From Pseudobdellovibrionaceae bacterium (GTDB taxonomy: Bacteria > Bdellovibrionota > Bdellovibrionia > Bdellovibrionales > UBA1609), in the NCBI GenBank assembly GCA_030591685.1, contig JAUVAX010000014.1, positions 1 to 57,368 on the forward strand: a stretch of DNA of 57,368 nt, given 5' to 3'. Positions within the stretch are counted from its first letter, which is position 1. Every line of letters starts with the position of its first letter. The notes beneath the pieces were generated by a model. That model was given only the letters and a program-made list of their open reading frames with translations. It ran no database searches and had not been told where the DNA came from. Positions 1 through 10,473 of the stretch are shown piece by piece. A program made the translations under genes and the position numbers.

Positions 1-145
1 TAACTTTAAAATCTGCTAAGCCCAAAAGTATGAGTTTATAAAGCTTAAATAAAAGCCTAGATTTATGTTATTAACACTTTTATTTTTTATAAAAAAAGAG
101 TAGCCTTTTTTACAACAGATTATACTTAAGTAAAGGGGTCTAGTT

Positions 146-949
146 ATGCACTCATCACTCAACGAATTGTACCAAAAACTCTGGGAGCAGTACACTCAAA
201 CCTCCCCCGAAATACAACTCATCCACGACAGCATTGTTAATAAGGGCAACACAATAGTTAATGACCATATTGCTTTTAGAACATTTAACCACAAGAATTT
301 AGGTATAAAAAATATCGCAGCCCCTTTTATTAAATACGGCTATAAAGAGGTTGGACAGTATAACTTTGAAAACAAAAAACTATCTGCCGTACACTTTGAA
401 ACAAACAACGCTTGTGACCCTAAAGTATTTATTAGCGAGCTACAGCTTGAAAAATGCTCTGAATTTTTAACAAAAACTGTCAACAGCCTTGTCGATCAAA
501 TCACTGACGAACAAGTAAAAGCCCCTCAGTTTTGCTACTCAGGCCCTTTGTGGGAGCCGCTCACATACAGTACTTATGCTCAACTTTACGAAGAGTCTGA
601 ATATGCAGCATGGCTGAGTGCTTTTGGTTTTTGCGCCAATCACTTTACAGTTTTAATCAATGAACTTAAAGAGTTTTCAGACAATAACGATTTAAATACG
701 TTTTTAAAAAGTAAGGGGTTTAAAATAAACTCTAGTGGTGGCGAGGTAAAAGGCACTAAAAAAGACTTTTTAGAGCAGTCATCAACTATGGCAAAAATGA
801 CCCCTGTAAAGTTTAGAGATCAAATAAAAAACGTACCATCAGTATATTATGAGTTTGCAAAAAGATACCCCTTAAAAGACGGCTCTTTGTTTCAAGGGTT
901 TGTGGCCAGCTCGGCAGATAAAATATTTGAGAGCACAAATAAAAGCTGA
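146..949 (+). CDS. DUF1338 / 2-oxoadipate dioxygenase-decarboxylase (HglS/YdcJ-like) family protein
   Basis: Motifs NDHIAFRTF, PKVFISEL, SEYAAW..AFG..ANHFT, LEQSST, YYEFAKRY and FQGFV..SADKIFEST. Confidence 0.8.
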   Translation: MHSSLNELYQKLWEQYTQTSPEIQLIHDSIVNKGNTIVNDHIAFRTFNHKNLGIKNIAAPFIKYGYKEVGQYNFENKKLSAVHFETNNACDPKVFISELQLEKCSEFLTKTVNSLVDQITDEQVKAPQFCYSGPLWEPLTYSTYAQLYEESEYAAWLSAFGFCANHFTVLINELKEFSDNNDLNTFLKSKGFKINSSGGEVKGTKKDFLEQSSTMAKMTPVKFRDQIKNVPSVYYEFAKRYPLKDGSLFQGFVASSADKIFESTNKS

Positions 950-1122
950 CTTTTTTTAAACACAAATCATATAAACGACCAATACATCCTCTATGTGTAA
1001 ACAATACACAACTAGTCATTTAACAATGACACTAGGCGCCTCTGCATGTAAGGAGATGAGAGTGAATGATTAAAAAACAGTGGTTACACAAAAACTATTA
1101 CTTAAAGTAACAGGAGAATATT

Positions 1123-1431
1123 GTGAAAAAGTTTTTATTAGTATTAACAGTACTTGCATCTATTTCAGCCTCTGCAACCTCATTAAACGATAACAAACAG
1201 GAGTTTTTACATGACTCTGATAACCAAATAAATTTAAATAGAATTTGCGGTATTGATATGATCTCTTTACAAAACATTGGTCAAGCTGCCGACGAAGTTA
1301 CTATTCGTGATGCCACATCTGATTTTAGATCTAAGGGGGCTATAATTTTAAGAGTTTGTAAATATGAGCAGGGATTCGCCGTTGTTGCAACTTTTGAGGA
1401 AAGCACACCCGTTGCTTTGATTTTTAACTAG
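1123..1431 (+). CDS. small secreted hypothetical protein
   Basis: AGGAG RBS, GTG start, Sec signal MKKFLLVLTVLASISASA. Confidence 0.7.
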   Translation: MKKFLLVLTVLASISASATSLNDNKQEFLHDSDNQINLNRICGIDMISLQNIGQAADEVTIRDATSDFRSKGAIILRVCKYEQGFAVVATFEESTPVALIFN

Positions 1432-1453
1432 GTATGTGAACAAGGAGGGTTTA

Positions 1454-1555
1454 GTGAAAAACCTATTATTTGGACTAACTCTAGTTACTTCAACCTCAAA
1501 CTATGATTCTGAAAACTTATTTTATCGAACTATGTATTTAGTCCAATCTATGTAA
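1454..1555 (+). pseudogene. 33-aa ORF, probable remnant of a secreted-protein gene
   Basis: AGGAGG RBS, GTG start, signal-like MKNLLFGLTLVTSTS, early stop. Confidence 0.35.
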
Positions 1556-1941
1556 CCTCTGTAGGATTAGACCATTACAATTTCAGATCAATTATTGAGG
1601 TCACCGAGAAAACTAAAAATTTATTAGAGATCAGATAAAAAACGTACCATCAGTATATTATGAGTTTGCAAAAAGATACCCCTTAAAAGACGGCTCTTTG
1701 TTTCAAGGGTTTGTGGCCAGCTCGGCAGATAAAATATTTGAAAGTACGCACAAAAGCTAATCATCTAATTAATTCAGGCTCTCCTGTTTTTAGGGTACGA
1801 CCAGCAAAACGCCATAAATTTATTTGTTAAGTGCCCACAGTTATTACACTTTAGCCTAAACTTAATAGGAATTATTTAATTGTGGAGATTTTTAAATCGG
1901 CTGTAAGGGAGAAGGTTGTTCTGACACAGAAATCAATTGGT

Positions 1942-2538
1942 TTAAGCAAGACTATCTGTTTTAGAAACTTTTTTTTTGCGATATGTAGCTAATATTATTT
2001 TTATAAATTTTAAGTATAAAAAACTTATCAATATACCTATAACAGCTCCGCCTAAAATATCTGACACATAGTGAACCCCCACATAAACTCGGCTATACCC
2101 TACAAGCACGGCTGTTAAAAACAAATAGGGTGCTGCTACGGGGTAAAAATAAGAGGCCGTAGCCGCTATGGCAAAGCTTGTGCTTGCGTGATTTGAGGGG
2201 AAACTCGGTGATTTTGGCCCATACCCCACCCTTAAAACCGACTCTATAGCTTCGTTGTTATTGGGTCTCACTCGTTTTACAAAGTTTTTTATACCATGAT
2301 AACAAATAGCATCTGACAGACCTGCCACAACAACTATGTGCACTATAACTTTTAAAGCCTTGGCCCTTTGTTTATACACCCACCAAGCCAATAATAATGG
2401 GCAAAGTACTGTTACTATAAGCGTTCTATGATGCAAGTTTGTAATGTAATTAAAAAATACATCTAACAACGGATGGGTTAATTTTATGTTTATAAGTTCA
2501 AAAATATGCCTATCTAATTGCAAAATCCAATCAAACAC
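1942..2538 (-). CDS. PAP2-family (undecaprenyl/lipid pyrophosphate) phosphatase
   Basis: KNFVKRVRP, SFPSNH and SRVYVGVHYVSD motifs; TM helices. Confidence 0.9.
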   Translation of the reverse strand: MFDWILQLDRHIFELINIKLTHPLLDVFFNYITNLHHRTLIVTVLCPLLLAWWVYKQRAKALKVIVHIVVVAGLSDAICYHGIKNFVKRVRPNNNEAIESVLRVGYGPKSPSFPSNHASTSFAIAATASYFYPVAAPYLFLTAVLVGYSRVYVGVHYVSDILGGAVIGILISFLYLKFIKIILATYRKKKVSKTDSLA

Positions 2539-3547
2539 TCAACACATCTTGATTTAAAACACTAATTTTTTGTGACACAGATTGGGCAATAAGAGCCTCA
2601 TCGCCCATGTCTTTAGGCTCTGTTAAGTTATTAATAGGCTCTCCTAAAACAGATTTAACCATTTTAGAATAAAACCCTTTTAATAATTTATTATTATCAA
2701 TCACTGTGTCTACGAGCCCAAGTAATAGCTTAGTTTCAATACGAGAAATTTTTATTTTTGTTTTTTGCAAATAACTTTTTTCTATGTATTTAAATGACCC
2801 TAAGCCTAAAAACAACGACCATGAGCAGAACTTTCTATATGATTTTAACTCTACGGGGATACTTAGTATATATTCAATAGCGCAGTCGGCGTGTATTCGT
2901 AAGCTTTCAATCACCTCAAGACGGTCAAAAACAAAATGGCGACCCAGTAAAGAGTCTTCGGTTTGATCTTTTAAAAAGTTAATTTTCTGTAAAAACAACC
3001 CAAAGTGTAATGAATTAAAAATAATTTTATTATCTACTGTAAATTGTGGATTATAATAAGAGACAATCTCAGTTAAAGACTCACCTACTACCCCGGCCAC
3101 ATAGTAGCAGTACTCATTAAGCTCACTCATTGAGTTTATTTTAAAGTTAGTTTGAGAGTGCTTTTGCATACCCGTAGACATGGTGGTTATAAGATCAAAA
3201 ATAATTTTTTGCACAGGCTTTGGAAACAAAAAAAAGTCTTCGACCACAGTACTTGTATCTTTTATGAGGTCCATTTCGGAGGGCTTATATCCGGACTCAA
3301 AATTATCCTGCCAAGTTTTATAGTTTCTTGTTTTTTTTTGCTCAAAAAAAGAGACAAAAGCATTAAAGCTCTTTACCTGGGTTTTATGTTCAGCCCACTG
3401 AGAGTCCTCAATGGTATCTAAAATACGGCATACTAAGTACATATGTGAAATAGGTAATTTTATATCCTCACTGAGCTGCTCAATACAAAAAGCAAAGCTT
3501 CGACTGACTTGATTTAAATGAGTTTGGTAAAACTGTGAGCAAATCAT
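2531..3547 (-). CDS. squalene/phytoene synthase family protein
   Basis: VSRSFA, YLVCRILDTIED, YCYYVAGVVG, GLFLQKINFLKD. Confidence 0.85.
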   Translation of the reverse strand: MICSQFYQTHLNQVSRSFAFCIEQLSEDIKLPISHMYLVCRILDTIEDSQWAEHKTQVKSFNAFVSFFEQKKTRNYKTWQDNFESGYKPSEMDLIKDTSTVVEDFFLFPKPVQKIIFDLITTMSTGMQKHSQTNFKINSMSELNEYCYYVAGVVGESLTEIVSYYNPQFTVDNKIIFNSLHFGLFLQKINFLKDQTEDSLLGRHFVFDRLEVIESLRIHADCAIEYILSIPVELKSYRKFCSWSLFLGLGSFKYIEKSYLQKTKIKISRIETKLLLGLVDTVIDNNKLLKGFYSKMVKSVLGEPINNLTEPKDMGDEALIAQSVSQKISVLNQDVLSV

Positions 3548-3631
3548 GGGGTTATCCTATTGAGGTCACCCTTAAATGTCACCTGATATCAAAGATTTAA
3601 CTCAAATAAGTGTCCCTGTTCACAGGTTTTA

Positions 3632-3663
3632 GCTTAAAAAAGTAAGGTCTTACTTTTTTAAGC
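3632..3663. terminator. perfect 15-bp inverted repeat downstream of the MscS gene
   Basis: gcttaaaaaagtaag-gt-cttacttttttaagc. Confidence 0.5.
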
Positions 3664-3676
3664 CTTTATGCAAAAT

Positions 3677-4579
3677 TTATTTATTTTGTATAACCACCGG
3701 TAATGGCTGTGACGAGTGCAGGTGAAGATCCCTTTGAGGAAAGGCGATAACTACCTTCTCCTGCCTAAAGCGCGCATCAATACTAAAGCGTAAGTCGCTG
3801 CCTATTTTGTGTAAATCTAAAAAACTGCTTAATTGGCAAAAATAAAAAACATCAAAAATTAAGCTGCTATCTCCAAAATCATTAAAAAATACACTGGGCT
3901 CTGGGAACTTTAAAACCATTTTATGCTCTTTAACGACAGCCAACATTAGATCTCGCACTTTTTCAGTGTCAGAGCCGTAGGCCACACCAACGCGAACAGT
4001 GTGACGCACGACGTTGTCTGAGAGCGTCCAGTTCAATACGTTTTGCTCAAGGAACGATGAGTTAGGCACAATTATATGGGTATTATTAATAGACTTTACC
4101 TTAGTGGCGCGAGTGCCTATTTCTTCAACCACACCTCTAAGTCCACTGACTTCAATAACATCCCCCACCTTAATGGGTCTCTCGACCATTAAAATGATCC
4201 CACTGATAAAATTATTAAGTACTTTTTGGGATCCAAGCCCCACACCAATAGCAAGAGCCCCCCCCATAACAGTAAAAATAGTCACCGGGACATTTAGAAG
4301 GTGTAAAACAAACAAAGTAAAAACAATTAAAAGCACATAAAAGATCACTTGAGTGATTGCGGCCCTTGTTGAGTCATCAATATCAAACCGAGCCAGAACT
4401 TTATCTGCAATTTGAAGCGAAAGACGGCGGGACCACACATAACCCACAAACAACATCAAAATACCTATAAGAACAACACCGAGTGTTATTCTGTTCCCAT
4501 CGACTTCATAGAGCTTAAAGGTCCAAAACTTTTCTAAAACAAGAAGTACGGTATTAAAAATTGCCGACAGTGTGTCCAT
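3677..4579 (-). CDS. mscS: small-conductance mechanosensitive channel (MscS family)
   Basis: GALAIGVGLGSQ, NNFISGII, ERPIKVGD, IIVPNS, VGVAYGSD, IAFPQRDLH. Confidence 0.9.
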   Translation of the reverse strand: MDTLSAIFNTVLLVLEKFWTFKLYEVDGNRITLGVVLIGILMLFVGYVWSRRLSLQIADKVLARFDIDDSTRAAITQVIFYVLLIVFTLFVLHLLNVPVTIFTVMGGALAIGVGLGSQKVLNNFISGIILMVERPIKVGDVIEVSGLRGVVEEIGTRATKVKSINNTHIIVPNSSFLEQNVLNWTLSDNVVRHTVRVGVAYGSDTEKVRDLMLAVVKEHKMVLKFPEPSVFFNDFGDSSLIFDVFYFCQLSSFLDLHKIGSDLRFSIDARFRQEKVVIAFPQRDLHLHSSQPLPVVIQNK

Positions 4580-4979
4580 TAACTAATAATCCGCTGCTAT
4601 TGCAGTATTGGCAAGGCCAGAGCTAAACCCTAGACCCCGCTCTACCACATGAGTTTAAGGGTAAAAAGCAGGTCTCATCTAAAATTTAAATACGTGTTTT
4701 TTTACTCGCAAGAGACTCACGAAAAGCCCTTTCATTTAAACACTTTTTCGCATTCAGTCATCTGGACCTAGGTCCCCCCTGTTTAAAAAACACATCTTTT
4801 ATGTTTTTTTACCCATAAAAATTGGAGCAAAATTAATGTGCCTATTTTTATAGGGCCCTTTTTGAAACCATAAATATTATTCACCCTTAAAAAAATCACT
4901 GCCCCAGAGAGCTAGTTATTGTTATAATTTTTAGAGCTATAAAAAACTTCTTTAAACCCTGAACACTCTGGAGCCAACT

Positions 4980-7718
4980 TTGAATAAGTTGACCTATGCA
5001 AACCGTTCTAATATGGAATTCTTAGAGCAAATGTACGAAAGCTACCAGCAAGACCCCATGAGTGTTGATGAATCCTGGCAGCTTTTTTTTGAAGGGGTTG
5101 AGTTTGGGCAAAATAAAGCTCCTTCTGAGAGCGCTTTTAATATCAAAGAGCTCGATGTTTACAGACTTATTCGAGCCTACAGAGATTTTGGCCACCTAAA
5201 GGCCGACCTAGACCCTTTAAAACTTTCTCAAAAACCCTCAAGGGCTTTAGAGCTTTCTGAGTACAACCTTACTCTTGACGATTTAAACACCCCCTTTCAA
5301 TCAGGATCTTTTGTTGGTAAACCCGGGGCGACGTTAAAAGAGATCCTCTCAACACTTGAGAACACCTATTGTAAAACCCTGAGTGTTCAAATCGCTGATT
5401 GCTCTCATAAAATCAGAGCCTGGTTTTATTCAGAGCTCGAGGACCGAAAAGACTCTTTTAGCCTCTCTAAAGACGAAAAAATTAATATTTTTAAACAAAT
5501 TTGCCGTACCGAATCTTTAGAGAAGTTTATTCACACACGATTTGTTGGTACAAAGCGTTTTTCAATTGAGGGGGGGGACGCCATGATCCCCATGCTTTGC
5601 CATTTGGCCGATCAAGGGACTTCGTTGCAAATGCAAGAGATGGTCATCGGCATGGCGCATAGAGGGCGAATCAACGTTTTAGCTAACTTTTTAGGTAAAG
5701 GTTTTGAAGAAATTTTAGCTAGCTTTGAGGGCAACGCTAAAACAGATTTAAGTTATGAGGGGGATGTGAAATACCATCTCGGGTACTCTGCCGACAGAGA
5801 AACCCCGCACGGCCCCTGCCATTTATCTTTAGCCTTTAACCCTAGTCACCTTGAGTACGTAGGGCCCGTTGTTCAGGGCATGGTGCGAGTGAAACAAAGA
5901 ACTCGCCATGACACCGAACACAGAAAAAAGGTCGTCCCTATTGTCATTCACGGCGACGCTGCCTTTGCGGGGCAAGGGGTGGTTACAGAAACCCTGCAAC
6001 TCTCTAAACTCCCTGGGTATACCGTTGGCGGCACACTACATATTATTTTAAATAACCAAATTGGTTTTACCACTCTACCCAGTGACTCTCGTTCGACCAT
6101 GTACAGCTCCGATGCATCAAAAGTCATTAAAGCCCCCATCCTTTTAGTTAATGGTGACGATGTTGAGGCCTGTGTACAAGCCATGGACATTGCCATGCGC
6201 TTTAGAGATGAGTTTGGTGAAGACATTGTCATTGACCTCATTTGCTACAGAAGGTTTGGCCATAATGAGAGCGATGAGCCCAGCTTTACTCAGCCCCTTA
6301 TGTATCAGACCATTAAAAAACACCCGACTTTAATGGCCCTTTACTCTCAGCAGCTCATCAGCGAGGGCGTTATTGATCAAGATTTTGCCGATAGTTTTTT
6401 TAAAGATAAAATGAAAAACCTCCAAGAGGTTTTAGAACAGGTACGGGTCTCGGCCCCTGAAAGCAAATTTGATTCCCTAGGGGGTCTCTGGCAGGGCCTG
6501 CGCAGAGGTACCGAAGAAGATTTTAAAACAAGCTTTAAACAAACTCAAATCGGCCTTGATAAATTAACCCCCGTGATTACCGCCTTAACAGAGGAGCCCA
6601 CGGGGCTTAATATTAATTCTAAAGTTAAACGGCTTATTTCTAACAGAAAAAAAATGATAGATAACGACAAAATTGACTGGGGCTTAGCGGAGCTTATATC
6701 TTACGGGAGTCTTTGTGTAGAGGGCACCCCCGTTAGAATATCTGGGCAAGATTGCAAACGAGGGACCTTTACGCATAGGCACGCCTCTTATTTTGATCAA
6801 ACTACTGGAGAAGAGTTCACGCCCCTTTCAAAACTCAACCCCACCGAAGGTGAATTTTGTGTTTACAACTCCTCACTTTCAGAAATGGCGGTTCTAGGCT
6901 TTGAGTACGGTAACTCTAGTGCTGACCCCAATTTTTTAATTATTTGGGAGGCTCAGTTTGGTGATTTTGCAAACTCAGCTCAAGTTATTATTGATCAGTT
7001 TATTTCTAGTGCTGAAGTAAAATGGGCCCGCGGATCGGGGCTTGTAATGCTCTTACCGCACGGGTACGAGGGGCAAGGACCAGAGCATTCTAGTGCTCGT
7101 TTAGAAAGGTTTCTACAGCTCTGCGCCCAAGAAAACTTACAAGTCTGCAACCTCACTACCCCTGCTAATTTATTTCACGCCATGAGGCGACAAATGCGTA
7201 GGGATTTTAGAAAGCCCCTTGTCATTATGTCGCCTAAGTCCCTTCTTCGTCACCCTCAGGTTCACTCTACGTTAGCCGAGCTTACTGAAGGGTATTTTAA
7301 AGAAGTCATCGAGGACGTTCATGTCACCTCCCCTGACTCTGTAGAGACCGTGATTCTTTGCAGTGGCAAAATCTTTTACGAAATTGATGCTGCCAGAGAA
7401 AAAGAGGGCTACAACGATCGCCTTTGTGTTGTACGTGTAGAGCAACTGTACCCGTTCCCAAAAAACCAACTCACTCCTTTTTTAAATGGATTTTCAAAAC
7501 TAAAACGAGTTGTTTGGGCCCAAGAAGAGCCCCAAAACATGGGGGCTTACTTTAGCGTTTATCACAACCTTCAGGCCCTGATGAGTGACTTAGGTTTAAA
7601 TAAGATCCCCTTAGAGTATGTTGGCCGTAAGTCCAAGGCGAGCCCTGCAACAGGCTCACCAGTACAGCATAAAAAAGAACAGCAAACCATTATTGATGAA
7701 TGCATGAGTTTTTTGTAA
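4980..7718 (+). CDS. sucA: 2-oxoglutarate dehydrogenase E1
   Basis: GTKRFSIEGG, GMAHRGRINVL, GDVKYHLG, HGDAAFAGQG, LLPHGYEGQGPEHSSARLERFLQ; TTG start. Confidence 0.98.
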   Translation: MNKLTYANRSNMEFLEQMYESYQQDPMSVDESWQLFFEGVEFGQNKAPSESAFNIKELDVYRLIRAYRDFGHLKADLDPLKLSQKPSRALELSEYNLTLDDLNTPFQSGSFVGKPGATLKEILSTLENTYCKTLSVQIADCSHKIRAWFYSELEDRKDSFSLSKDEKINIFKQICRTESLEKFIHTRFVGTKRFSIEGGDAMIPMLCHLADQGTSLQMQEMVIGMAHRGRINVLANFLGKGFEEILASFEGNAKTDLSYEGDVKYHLGYSADRETPHGPCHLSLAFNPSHLEYVGPVVQGMVRVKQRTRHDTEHRKKVVPIVIHGDAAFAGQGVVTETLQLSKLPGYTVGGTLHIILNNQIGFTTLPSDSRSTMYSSDASKVIKAPILLVNGDDVEACVQAMDIAMRFRDEFGEDIVIDLICYRRFGHNESDEPSFTQPLMYQTIKKHPTLMALYSQQLISEGVIDQDFADSFFKDKMKNLQEVLEQVRVSAPESKFDSLGGLWQGLRRGTEEDFKTSFKQTQIGLDKLTPVITALTEEPTGLNINSKVKRLISNRKKMIDNDKIDWGLAELISYGSLCVEGTPVRISGQDCKRGTFTHRHASYFDQTTGEEFTPLSKLNPTEGEFCVYNSSLSEMAVLGFEYGNSSADPNFLIIWEAQFGDFANSAQVIIDQFISSAEVKWARGSGLVMLLPHGYEGQGPEHSSARLERFLQLCAQENLQVCNLTTPANLFHAMRRQMRRDFRKPLVIMSPKSLLRHPQVHSTLAELTEGYFKEVIEDVHVTSPDSVETVILCSGKIFYEIDAAREKEGYNDRLCVVRVEQLYPFPKNQLTPFLNGFSKLKRVVWAQEEPQNMGAYFSVYHNLQALMSDLGLNKIPLEYVGRKSKASPATGSPVQHKKEQQTIIDECMSFL

Positions 7719-7753
7719 GATAACTTAAAGAACCCTTAAAAGAGGACATAGTA

Positions 7754-9022
7754 ATGCAAGTAAAAGTACCCGCTGTTGGAGAGTCAATCACTGAAGCCAC
7801 CATATCCGAATGGAACAAAAAAGATGGGGACTTTGTTCAACAAGACGATGCCCTTTTAGTTCTTGAAACAGATAAGGCCAGTGTTGATATTGTTGCTGAA
7901 CAAGCAGGGGTTTTAAGCATTAAAGCCCAAGAGGGTGAAACTGTTGAGATCGGAGCCGTCATTGCTGAAATTGACACCCATGCCAAGAGTGCAAACCCTG
8001 ACACTCCCTCTAAAAGGCCGGCTCCGCCAACGGGTCAACCCACTTCACCCCCACCTCCTACATTAAATGGAGGCCTGCACCCTGATTTAAAAGAACACCT
8101 TAGCCCTGCTGTTGAAAAAATCCTTACTGAGCGAAAAATAAATCCTCAAACCATAGAGGGCACTGGCAAGGGAGGCCGACTAACAAAAGCGGACGCTCTT
8201 GGTGCTGAACCCACTTCAATAGCAAAGGCCGCACCTACTGTTGCTGCCACTCCAAAAGCCGCAGACACACCGGCTCCTAAAAAACCTATACCTCCTTTGC
8301 CTGTAGTTACGGGGCCCTCCTCTCAAGAAGAAGTCCGTAAGCCCATGAGTCAGCTTAGAAAAACCATTGCAAAGCGCCTTGTTGAGGCTCAACAAACAGC
8401 TGCCATACTCACAACTTTTAACGAAGTAGATATGACGGCCCTTTACAGCATAAGAGACGAGTACAAAGAAAAATTTGAAAAAAAACACGGTATACGACTT
8501 GGGTTTATGAGCTTTTTTGTAAAAGCCTGTTTAGAAGCTCTCAAAGAGTTCCCCACAGTGAACGCTTTTATTGATGGGACAGACATTGTGTACCACAACT
8601 ATTACAACATCGGCATTGCCGTGGGCACACCTAAAGGGCTTGTGGTCCCCGTCATTAAAGATACTGACAGGCTTTCTTTAGCTCAAATTGAGCAGACCAT
8701 TCGCCATTACGCCCTTAAAGCACGAGAGGGTAAAATTGCCATCAGTGACCTCACCGGTGGTACTTTTACTATTAGTAACGGTGGGGTGTTTGGCTCACTG
8801 ATGTCGACCCCTATACTCAACCCCCCTCAAAGTGGTATTTTAGGCATGCATAAAGTTGAAGACCGCCCCGTGGCCATAAATGGTAAGGTTGAAATTCGCC
8901 CTATGATGTATGTAGCTCTGTCTTATGACCACCGAGTGATTGATGGCTCTGAGAGTGTTCAATTTTTAGTTCGCATAAAAGAATGTTTAGAAGACCCCTC
9001 AAGAATTTTACTAGAAGCTTAA
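7754..9022 (+). CDS. sucB: dihydrolipoamide succinyltransferase E2
   Basis: Lipoyl motif LETDKA, E3-binding GTGKGGR, catalytic SYDHRVIDG; follows sucA. Confidence 0.97.
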   Translation: MQVKVPAVGESITEATISEWNKKDGDFVQQDDALLVLETDKASVDIVAEQAGVLSIKAQEGETVEIGAVIAEIDTHAKSANPDTPSKRPAPPTGQPTSPPPPTLNGGLHPDLKEHLSPAVEKILTERKINPQTIEGTGKGGRLTKADALGAEPTSIAKAAPTVAATPKAADTPAPKKPIPPLPVVTGPSSQEEVRKPMSQLRKTIAKRLVEAQQTAAILTTFNEVDMTALYSIRDEYKEKFEKKHGIRLGFMSFFVKACLEALKEFPTVNAFIDGTDIVYHNYYNIGIAVGTPKGLVVPVIKDTDRLSLAQIEQTIRHYALKAREGKIAISDLTGGTFTISNGGVFGSLMSTPILNPPQSGILGMHKVEDRPVAINGKVEIRPMMYVALSYDHRVIDGSESVQFLVRIKECLEDPSRILLEA

Positions 9023-9037
9023 AAGTAAGGAATAATA

Positions 9038-10441
9038 ATGTCACAATTTGATTTAGTTGTTATTGGTGCCGGCCCTGGTGGTTACACCGGAGCCATTCGA
9101 GCCGCTCAATTAGGCTTGAGTGTCGCCATTGTTGAAAAAAATGAAACCCTCGGGGGGACGTGTTTAAATGTAGGGTGCATCCCCTCAAAAGCACTACTGG
9201 ACTCTAGTGAGCACTATATGGTGGCTCAAAAAAGTTTAAGTGAGCATGGGGTTATGGTTGAAAATGTAAAATTAGACTTACAAGCCATGATGCAAAGAAA
9301 GTCAAAAATAGTAAAAGAGCTCACTGATGGCGTCGATTACTTAATGACTAAAAATAAAATCACAAAATTTTTTGGCCTTGGGTGTTTAAAATCAGCTCAC
9401 GAAGTTGAGGTGACGTTAAACTCAGGCTCTAAAGAAATACTAAGAGCCAAAAACATCATGCTCGCCACAGGAAGTGTACCTAACGAGCTGCCCTTTTTGC
9501 CTTATAACGAAAAGTCAGTTGTCTCTTCAACGGGGGCTCTAAAATTAGAAAAGGTCCCTCAACACTTAATCGTCATTGGCGGCGGTGTTATTGGTCTTGA
9601 GCTAGGGTCTGTGTGGAGCCGCCTCGGGGCCAAGGTCACAATCATCGAGTATGACTCTAAAATTTGTGGCGGTATGGATACAAAACTTTCAAAACGACTT
9701 TTAAACATACTTAAAAAAGACGGTATGAATTTTATATTAAACTCCATGGTGACCTCTGCGGATATCAAGCGCAGTGGCACGGCACTCACCTTTGAAAATC
9801 GCCTCTCAGGCGATCAACAAACCATTGAGGGTGATGTTGTACTTGTAGCCACCGGTCGCCGCCCCTACTCTGAGGGGTTAGGTTTAGATAACATTGGCAT
9901 CACTCGTGACAAAAAAGGTTGCGTTGAAATCGACGATCATTTTAGAACTTCTCACCCCAATATATATGCCATCGGGGATTTAGTCCGTGGCCCCATGCTG
10001 GCCCATAAGGCCGAAGAAGAGGGCGTTGCTGTTGCTGAAATCCTTTCAGGGCAAGCCGGTCACGTTAATTACCTCACAGTACCTGGGGTTATTTACACAT
10101 GGCCTGAGTTTGCCAGTGTAGGCCAAACAGAAGAGCAATTAAAAGAACTCGATATAAAATACAATGTAGGGACCTTCCCCTTTTCGGCCAATGGCCGCGC
10201 TAAAGCCATGGGCGCCACAGAGGGGCAAGTTAAAATTTTAGCCGACAAAGTGAGCGATAAAGTTTTAGGAGTACACATTGTAGGCCCGTGGGCCTCTGAC
10301 CTTATTGCTGAGGCTGTGATGGCTATGGAGTTTGGCGCCAGCAGCGAAGATATTGCGCGCAGCTTTCACGCCCACCCGACACTGACTGAAACTTTGCGAG
10401 AGGCGGCCTTGGCCGTAGACAAGCGCGCTCGACAAATGTAA
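9038..10441 (+). CDS. lpdA: dihydrolipoyl dehydrogenase E3
   Basis: GAGPGGY, GGTCLNVGCIPSK, HAHPTL.E. Confidence 0.97.
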   Translation: MSQFDLVVIGAGPGGYTGAIRAAQLGLSVAIVEKNETLGGTCLNVGCIPSKALLDSSEHYMVAQKSLSEHGVMVENVKLDLQAMMQRKSKIVKELTDGVDYLMTKNKITKFFGLGCLKSAHEVEVTLNSGSKEILRAKNIMLATGSVPNELPFLPYNEKSVVSSTGALKLEKVPQHLIVIGGGVIGLELGSVWSRLGAKVTIIEYDSKICGGMDTKLSKRLLNILKKDGMNFILNSMVTSADIKRSGTALTFENRLSGDQQTIEGDVVLVATGRRPYSEGLGLDNIGITRDKKGCVEIDDHFRTSHPNIYAIGDLVRGPMLAHKAEEEGVAVAEILSGQAGHVNYLTVPGVIYTWPEFASVGQTEEQLKELDIKYNVGTFPFSANGRAKAMGATEGQVKILADKVSDKVLGVHIVGPWASDLIAEAVMAMEFGASSEDIARSFHAHPTLTETLREAALAVDKRARQM

Positions 10442-10473
10442 GCGCCCCGTTTAATTTAATAAATAAAACTTTT

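Larger units (their letters stand above)
813..1760 (+). repeat. 137-bp direct repeat (813-949 and 1624-1760) of the 3' end of the DUF1338 gene
   Basis: 813-930 matches 1624-1741 with one mismatch. The last 19 nt carry 6 mismatches but keep the frame (ESTNKS* vs ESTHKS*). Confidence 0.95.

Noticed and set aside
813..1760. Diversity-generating retroelement VR/TR pair
   Set aside because: Mismatches are not adenine-specific in either copy, and there is no reverse transcriptase in the window
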